From an uncultured phage cr127_1: a stretch of DNA of 40,000 bases. The translations under genes were made by a program, and so were the position numbers. The stretch lies in sequence record MT774393.1; one strand, written 5' to 3'. This document shows positions 28,864-38,400 of this stretch, one piece after another. A model generated the notes under the pieces. It did not search any database. It saw nothing but the letters and a program-made list of their open reading frames with translations, and had not been told where the DNA came from. Within the stretch, counting starts at the first letter, position 1. Every line of letters starts with the position of its first letter.

Positions 28864-28899
28864 ATAATGGCCACAAGGGCGAGAGGTGTTCCGAAATCT
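28864..28899 (+). repeat. Dispersed GC-rich element copy F (inverted with E)
   Basis: taatggccacaagggcgagaggtgttccgaaatct. Confidence 0.95.
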
Positions 28900-28934
28900 A
28901 TTTTATAATTATTATAAATTCTAACGAAATTAAT

Positions 28935-29267
28935 ATGACATTAAATGCTGATTTAAATACTGATATAAATACTACAGATGAAACTTTAAATCGAAAACGA
29001 TTTGAAATTGTTGTAAAACATATATTAAAAGATTATATAAAAGATGCAAATGTTAATGATATTATAATTGATTTTGAAGAACCTATACAAGTTGTATTAC
29101 AAGGTTTTATTAATTATGATGATATTTATAAATTTAAATGTGATGTAGCAAAGACTTTTAATGTTACACTTAGTGAGAAAAATATTCATAGTTCTTTTAC
29201 TTTTGAAAATCTTTATTACTTGATAAAAGAGCGTGTATACATACCTTTTTATAATGCCTCTATTTGA
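28935..29267 (+). CDS. Hypothetical protein
   Basis: 110 aa ORF, last + strand gene before the strand switch. Confidence 0.7.
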   Translation: MTLNADLNTDINTTDETLNRKRFEIVVKHILKDYIKDANVNDIIIDFEEPIQVVLQGFINYDDIYKFKCDVAKTFNVTLSEKNIHSSFTFENLYYLIKERVYIPFYNASI

Positions 29268-29359
29268 GCCATAAACATGGTAAATTTCTATTATTTTTAT
29301 TCGGCTGAACAAATGTATGTCCATTGAAAAATAATCGAAATTTAATAGCTTAAAATCAT

Positions 29360-29390
29360 TATTAAAGTCGGCCGTAAAATGGCTTTTATA
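29360..29390. terminator. Weak hairpin in the convergent intergenic region
   Basis: AAAG..GGCC-gtaaaat-GGCTTTT; imperfect. Confidence 0.4.
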
Positions 29391-29488
29391 ATAATAAAGG
29401 AGTTAGCAAATGTACTAACTCCTTTATTCCCCTTTTTTGCACTTGGTGCATCTATAAGTATAATATTATTTATATCATTAGTAGAATT

Positions 29489-32400
29489 TTATAAATTAAA
29501 AGGATTATACCATTTATACCAATTCATTGTAGCTTTAAGATTCTTACTCTTTTCTATTTGAGTTAATATAGGTATTAACTTCTTAACTGAAACAGATAAT
29601 TTTGTCTGACCTTTATAAACACCTCTGTCATAAACTAAAGATTCATCATCTGTAAATACATCTGCCATAGCATATTTAACAATATTCATAGCATTAGTTA
29701 TAACAGTTTCTCCAACAAAGAGTTTATCTTTCATTTGATTTATTGTACTATACCAACCATAAAGAGGCACAGGTTCAACAACTTCTTTATATAAAGCTGT
29801 AAGTGTATACATTGTTACAGTATAATAATAAGGTTCATCATCATCTTTTAATTTACCTAACATCATTGCAGCTACTGCAATAATAGCTATAGTAGATAAA
29901 TGTTTAGCCCATTTAATAATACTTGCTTGTTCACCTTTAGTAAGAGAATTATAATATAATTTAGCATGTCTAAGAAGTTTATATTGATAATTAAACATCT
30001 CAAATAAACCTTTAAAGAATGCACGTGGGTCTTTAAATATATTTAGCTTAACAATATCACTATCTTGTTTAAACATTTTATAACCATAAGTAGCCCAATC
30101 AAAACTCGGTTTATATACAGGTACTTCCCATGTACCTAACATTTCATTAAATATAGTTTTATTAAAACGACGTCCAAAATATCTTATAAAGTTAGGACGA
30201 ATCCATTTTCTAAATTGCATGAATAAATCTCCAAATGCACTTTCTTGTAAAGCATTTTTATCAATTATATTGTAAATACCATGTAGAGCTTGATTTACGC
30301 CTTTAACTCTATTTTTAAAATCATTTACAGATTTATCTGTTAATTGACTTCCTTCTTTATAAGCTAATCTACCATCTACAACAGTTAATTGAGAATCCAA
30401 TGTTGGAAATCTTTCAAATCTTTCTTTTAGAACTTTTCTATTATCTTTAATTAATTTATTTAATTCAATTCGTTGTTCTTTTGTAAATTTATCTATATTA
30501 GCCCTTATAAATTCACCTGCATAATCACTTTGCCAAAGATATTTCTTTTTATTTTCATTTTCATATTTTATTATATAATCATTTTTAGCTTTTACAAATT
30601 TAGCAAATTCTTCTTTTTGTTCATCAGTTAATACTTTAGATAATTCTTCTATTTTAGAATCATTATAAAAGTCTTGAAATGACATTATCTGACCAGCTAT
30701 AACTCTGTGAGAACGAGACATACCTAATAGCATACCAAATTGCATAAAAAACTCACCTATTTGGTTAGGACTATAACCGGCTGTATCAGCAGCAGTTAAA
30801 ACTTTAGTTAACCAGTTCTCTCCTGTCATACTAACATTTATATCTCGTGTATCTTGAAATATAACTTCAAAATCTTTAATTAAAGCTATAATTGGATTCT
30901 TAGTTTTTTCTTTATTTATTTCAGCTATCCATTCAGGAGTTATTTTAATTATATCTAAAAGACCTTGCATAAGTTGTTTACTTGTAAGATAATTAATAGA
31001 TGAAGTATCAATTATCATATCTGATATACCTTTTGCTAAGTTCTTTAATCCAGCACTCCAGTTAAACCACATATAATTAATAGATGAATATCGCATTATA
31101 CCTTTAGCTATAACATCTACTGTATTATTAACTTTGCTTGTATTATAAACTCGTTTTCGCATAGATTCAAATATAGCTGACAAATTATCTATTTTAGCTT
31201 CACCAGCTGCACTATCTAATGCAAATTTACCGAGTTCCCAATCTATAATAAAATCATTAACAACTTTGATATTATAAAGCTCTTTTATAAAAGATTCCAT
31301 TACAGCTTTTATATCATAAGTTCTTTTATCAATAGCTTCTGTATGATTTAACTTTCTAACATAACTATTATAATCTCTAATATCTGCAATAGATTTTAAT
31401 TGAGTTTTTGGCTCTATTGCATCCGGATTTTTTCTATACCATTCATTAAATTCTCTTGCTACTCTTTCAGCATAATCATCATAAACTTCTCCTACTCTTC
31501 TTTTAGGAATATTAAAAACAGGATTGAAATTAGGTATACTTAAGGTACTTGCTTTAAGTATATATTTATTTTTTCTATCAAGTCCTTCATAAGTAGAATC
31601 TTTTTTAATTCCGGGAACACCTATAAATCTTTTAAGTGAATTTTTTGAATCCGGTTTTGCTAAATAAGGAAATATATCTATTATAGCATCCGGAGAAATA
31701 AACCAAGACGGATTATATTCTAAAATAACATTTCCAATAATAGTTTTAATAGTATTTAAAAACTTTAATTCAGCTTCTGTCAATTCACTATATTTAACAT
31801 TTTTCGCACTATCTTTATAAGATAATTTATAAAATACTTTTTCAGGAGTTTCTCCTATTTTTGTTATCCTTTTTATTTCATAGTATCCATTATATTTTAG
31901 ATAATTATTTATAACAACATCTGACTTACCTTCTATTTCTTTTAATAAAGAATCTACTTCTTCATCTGTTAGAGGGGTTAATATTCCATCAGAATTTGTA
32001 TTAAAATCTAAAATATAATCATCAGTTTCTTTTATAATATCATCTACAAGTCTTTCATCAATATATGTAGCACCATAATATTTTCTATTATATAAATCTT
32101 GTATAGAATCTTTTAATCCTTGAACTTGTTCATCTACAGCATCTTTATTATAATCATTTATAAAAGTACCATAATCATTAACAAATTTACGAAAATATTT
32201 ATTTCTTGCTTCATAAGTAGAAAGATTTAAGTTTTCAGCTTTTTCTAATTCTTTTATAGCATCTTCTACTTTATCTAATAATTTATTAATTCTTTTATTA
32301 TTTTCGTACTTAATTGTAGTATATTGTTTACCTATTATGTCAGTAAGTGTTACACCTGTTACAAAAGGAGAATCTAATTTACTTTGCCAAAAAGTAATAT

Positions 32401-35400
32401 CCGAATTTTTAAGAGCAAATACTTTAGCTACTATATCATTATATTCTTCACTTGTTATTTTAAGATTTTCTATATCAAAAGTAGAAGAATCAAAATCATT
32501 TTTTCGAGCAGCTTCTAATACTTTAGAAAAAGCTGTAGCATAATTCGGATTACGACTTTGAGTTATAACTAAATCTACTATAATTTCTTGAACTTTATCT
32601 AATACTCTACTTTGTAAACTAATAGATTTATTATATAATTCAGATAATCGTTCAATAGCTTTATTAGCTGTATCAAATTCTTCATGAAATGATGCAACAT
32701 CCTCTTCAGATTCAGAGTTATAAATAGTATCGTTTATAGTTATAGGTTGAATATCTTTAAACTTATTAAGATAATCAATTAAAATTCTAAGACTATTTAC
32801 TTTTACTTTATAATCTTGCCATTTTGCATAATCATTTCTAATTGTATCTGTATTTACACTTTCAACTTCCATTAAAAGAAGTCTTATAGAATCCATAAGA
32901 TTTTCCATTATAGGAATCATTCTTTCAAAAGCATAAAATACAGCATTTTGATTAGCATCATTTATGTCATTTTCTAATGAACCATCGTAATCTTCTTTAT
33001 TTATATTACTATAAGCATCTAATATAGCAGCTGTATTAGGTATATTATTTCTTTCTAAAAACTTTTTTAATTTATCAAGACTTTGATAATAATCAAGAGC
33101 TATTATACTATTCTTTTTAGTACGAGTTTCAATACCTATATTAGAAGGCTTTTTTATATTAATTGTTTTACTAAATAATTGCTTAGGTTCTGAATAAGTT
33201 ACATTGCGTCTATTTACATCTACATAAGATTGAGATACAGCAAATCCAAAACCATCATTTAATATAGTATTTATAGAATTTATATTACCATTATTTTGAT
33301 AAAGTTTATCTATAAATAGTTTTGTCCATATAGAACCTGTTTCTGTAGTAATTCCAGCATCTTCAAATCTATCACCTACTATAAGATAATCACCTTCTTT
33401 TAACAACTTAGAAATTCTATTGGCTTCATCATAAGGATTTTTAGTAAAATCAACATGAATAAATTTACCATTCGTATCATATATTCTACTAACAATATTT
33501 GATTCATGTCCTATATAAATAAGATTATCATTTTTAGAAACTTCATCTTTAACAGTTTCTATAAGAGATTTATTACTTTTTTCAGTAACAGTATCTTCAA
33601 AAGTTATTCCTAAAGAATATAAAGGTGATTTTCTTTTAGATTTAATAGGTACATCTTCGGATATTTCTTCAGGTTCATAAGAAACTTCTTCTACATAATC
33701 ATAGGGAACATTTATTATAACTCCTTCATCAGAATTATTTTCAAAATTAGCTGGAGCATCTTTATTACTTTTATTTTTATATTCAGATTCTAATTTATTT
33801 AAAGTAATTAAGAAATCTTTTAACGTACTATATCTTTTAACAAATGTATCAACATCTATTGTAGATATTGTTCCGTTTTCATCCCGAATAAGTATTCTAT
33901 CAGATACATTATATTTATCTATGATACTATATTCAGAAAATTCATTAGGAAGAAGTCTACTAACAGGATAATAATAATAAACTTCTTTAGAATTATCTGT
34001 TGTATTATATAAAAATGAATCACTTCTTTTATAAATAGTTACATTACCATCTAAACGTTCTGTAAGATATTTTGCATTAGAACGAGTAGAAGCTATAACA
34101 CGTTCTTTTGTTTCAAATATTATATTACGTTCTATACCATTAGCATCTGTAACTCGCATTTTACCAACATTATATCCTTCAGAATTAACTAAAAGACCAA
34201 ATGTTGCTTGATATATTGTACTATTATTAATTCTACGTTGTTCTCTATAACTTGGTATAGTAGCATTTATAGATGGATTTTGTCTACTTATATAATCAAG
34301 TGATTCTTCTATATTAAAAGTTTCACCATTAAGTAGTTTTGTTTCAGCTGTACGAAGAGCTTGTCCATAATCAGATATACCTATAGTAGGGTCTATTACA
34401 CCGATTTGTGTTATACGTTTTTGATAACTTTCATTTACTAAATCAGAAGTAAGTATTTCTATAGGTATAAATTTAGATATATTAGCACCATAAGTAAAAC
34501 CTTCTGTTATATAAGTATAAGCAATTAAATTTCTAATAGTATGTGCTATATAAGGTATATCACTTTGATACATAGTTAATATACCAGATGAAACATCATC
34601 TATAGAAAGTTTATTTGAATCGTCTGTTATAATTCTTATTACAGAATAACCATATCGTCTTATACTATCTCTTACTATTTGTAAATGATTAAATATATTA
34701 GAAAATCTAAAATCAGCTTTATTAATATAAGATTTAAGAGATTTATCATTAAGTATTAAATTAATTTGTTCTTCTAATGTTAAACTAACCCATTTAGAAA
34801 ATTTGTCGTTAGTTATAACATCTCCTAAATTATTTTGTAACTCACTTATATATTTATTATGTTTAGCTCTCTCTTCATCAGATATTATACCTAATATTGT
34901 TTTAATTTGTTTTGCAGGAATATTAGACATTATAGGTACAGTTTCATCTCCGTAAGATTGTATATAATATTCTAATACTTTTCCTGTAACATAATTATTA
35001 GCTTTTCTATTATAAGATTTTCCATTTTGCTGTAAGAAAGTACGAACAGCTTTTCTCATAGCCAAAGAACGTTGTGCGAAAACTTTATTAAAAGAATTAG
35101 CAAACAACCAATGTCCATACTGTTCTCTAACTTGAATTATACCATAAAGACTATCTTTATAATTAGGCTTTATTATACTATTAAATTTATAATTTTCATT
35201 TAAACCTGTAAATACAACACTTATAATATCTTGTCCATTTACTGTTACATTACCAACTGGTTTATAAGATATATTAAGAAGTTCTAACTTATTTTTTCTA
35301 TCTTGCCATGTGATAAGATTTGGAAAATCATTTAGAGCTTCATAATAATTAGGTAATGTAATAAATTCTATATCTTTATAACTAATATTAGGATATTTTA

Positions 35401-38400
35401 TTTTAAAATCTCCTGTAGAGAGAGATTTAAAATCTGTAAATAAAACTTTATAATTATCCCAATATTCTTCTGTTTCAGATATAGAATCTATATAACTTAA
35501 TGATTTTGTATACGCATCTCTTAATATACTAAAATATTTATCTCTATTTATATAAGAATCCGCGAGTTTAGATTCACGTTCATCAGCTGTATTAAAATCA
35601 TTAACTGGAACATCGGTTTTTAATACAAATGATAAATCAATTATATCATTAGATATAGTCTCATATTCTCTAAACAGATATAAAACATCTAATTGACCTA
35701 AATAATAACTTAAAGATTCATTATTTCTATTCTTAATAAATCTAACTAATTCTTCAGTAGTATGTAATTTATATTTATAATAATATGGAATTTTTTGTTC
35801 ATATTTAGAATTAAGAATATCCGTATATTTTATTATAAGAGTATTACAAGCATCTAATATACTAAAATTAGGATTTGTAATTATAGCTCCACTTTTAAAA
35901 TTTACTAATTCTACAATTACAGGTTGCATTATAAAAGCAGAAGCATAACTAAATCTATTAGGTTTACCATTATATAATTCAGTAACACAACCTTGTGATA
36001 AAAGTCTAAATACACCAATGGTATCGAGATTTAAATTGAACATTAATTCAGACTTTAATACATCAAGAATAGCAGCTGTTACTTCAGTAAGTTGCATATT
36101 AATTCTTTCACCAGATAAATCAGTAAAAGTATTAGAAGCATTATTACCAACCCATACATCCTCTACTATAACATATCTTCCATCTTCTGTGTAACTCCAA
36201 TTATCACTTCCTAATACAGAATCTAATACTTCTTTTGTAACATTATTAGGTAAAGAATCTATAGAAATTATTCTTCTAACAGGATTATTAAGTTTAGCAT
36301 GAAGATTACCTAATATAGCTATATTACCATCTGTATTAATAGAATATCCCTTTAATATAGTAGATGACATACTACTAATATTTAAAGATATTTTATCAGC
36401 TAAATTGTGGGGATTTAATCCATTATTAGATTTACCCCATAAAGCATTATCTCTTGCTGAAACAGCAGATATATTATCAAAACTATTAGGTTTATCAATA
36501 TCAATTCTATGATTTTTATTAGATAATACAGATATTACCATATCTATAATTCTATTATCACGAGCCTGACGACTTATAGTAACAGATTCACTTATATCTT
36601 CAAAATCATATCCTTTAGATTCTTTAAGACCTGTATATTGTCTGTTAATCTTTTCTTCTATATTATCAAATATAGAAAATATATTTATAACTTTACCACT
36701 ATCATTTTTAATACTACCTTTAATAAAAGGTTCAAAAAAATCTTTAACAGTATAATAATCATTTATAGATATAATATTATCACTATCTTTAGAAGTTATA
36801 TCTATACTATTAATTAAAGTTTTAATTTTATTAAATATTTTATTAGTAGTTTTAATATCTCTTTCAATAGATAATAAAAGTTCATTAAACATACGTCGTT
36901 TATTTTGAACATAATTATTATCTATTCCCGGATTTAAAGCAATTCGTTCTTCTTGTGTTAAATCTCTTTGTTTAATATATTTTAAATATTCTATAGCTTC
37001 TGTATATTCACGAGCTGTATTAATAAGATTTGTAAAATTAACTTTAACTCTTGATACAATAGAAGGTATAGATTCTTGAACATAAGTTTTTATACGTAAA
37101 ATATTCTTATATTCTATACTTTCTTTATTAGATATAGTAGCAAGAATACTATCTAAAGTCGGAATAATAGAATCTAAAGAAACATCTGTATTACTATCAG
37201 AAGAATAAAGTTTAATAAAATATTTAGTTAATATCTTAAAAGCTGGACTATTAAGTGAAGTATCTGTATCACTCTTAGTCACTTTTATAATTTCAAGACT
37301 TTCTTTTAATATATCTTTTAAAGCATAATATTTAGATAGATTTTCATTAATTTCAGAAATCATTTTACTATCATATTTTGGAATAGTATATGATTCTCCA
37401 TTAAAATTAATATGTTTAGCATAAGCATAAATAGTATCTATATCAAAGTCCCAACCTGTTCGTGTAATAAGACTTTGAGGAAATATAGCTTGAGTTGCAC
37501 CAGTATTTAAAAATCCTACTATTTCAAAAACTACAAGAGACATTAAACCTTCAGAAGGTATCCTACCTCCAAACATAGTTCTTGCTTCAATAGGTATAGC
37601 ATCTATATCAACACTTAAAAATTCTTTATATACACCATCGCCCATATCAACTCTTCTTATAATAGGTATGGTATCAAAGAACTCTTTTAACCAAGGATTT
37701 GCTATAACTTCTGCTTTATATATTAATTCACCATTTTCATCATAACCGTATTCAGCTCTTAATTCAAGACTTCTATCTTCAGCTTTACATCTATCTATAA
37801 AATCTCTTGAATAAGTTATAATACCCCTTTCATATAAATCTTCAATAGCTTTATCATAACTATCTTTATCGAGGTATTGTTCACGAGAAATTAAACTATT
37901 AGATGCAGTAAATATATCAGCTCTTAAAGGAGCATGAAATCCGGGAAGTTTTCTATATATTACATCTTTAGTAAATTTAGAAGCCAATATTCTTTCAAAT
38001 TTCCTATATGTAACAGGAAAAGATAAAGGCATTTTAGGTTGTCCAACAGAATCTAATTCAAGAGCTTTTTTAATATTAATACTTGAATCATCATCTTGAA
38101 CAACATCTTGAAAATATTTTGTAAGTTTTCTTGTATCAAGTTGTATATTACCTACATTATCTGTACGAATATTACCGGTTTCATCTATAGCTCCCAATTC
38201 GTATGCAACACTTATAGCATCTTCTTGAATAGTAGATGAAACAATAGTATTAAATTCTTTTGCAAATTCATAAGGAGTATAAGATTTACCGTCTACAGTA
38301 TAATGACTTGCTGAAAGAGTTCCTAATATATTTTTAAATAATCGAGAAGGAACAGTAACTTCAGCATCTATTATATCAGGTTTTACATCTTGCTGTATAA

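Noticed and set aside
1748-28899. The dispersed GC-rich copies as a CRISPR array
   Set aside because: Copies are kilobases apart, in both orientations, and without regular spacers.
29379-29561. 60 aa hydrophobic + strand ORF
   Set aside because: Overlaps the 3' end of the giant - strand gene and the convergent non-coding region; could be real but lacks support.
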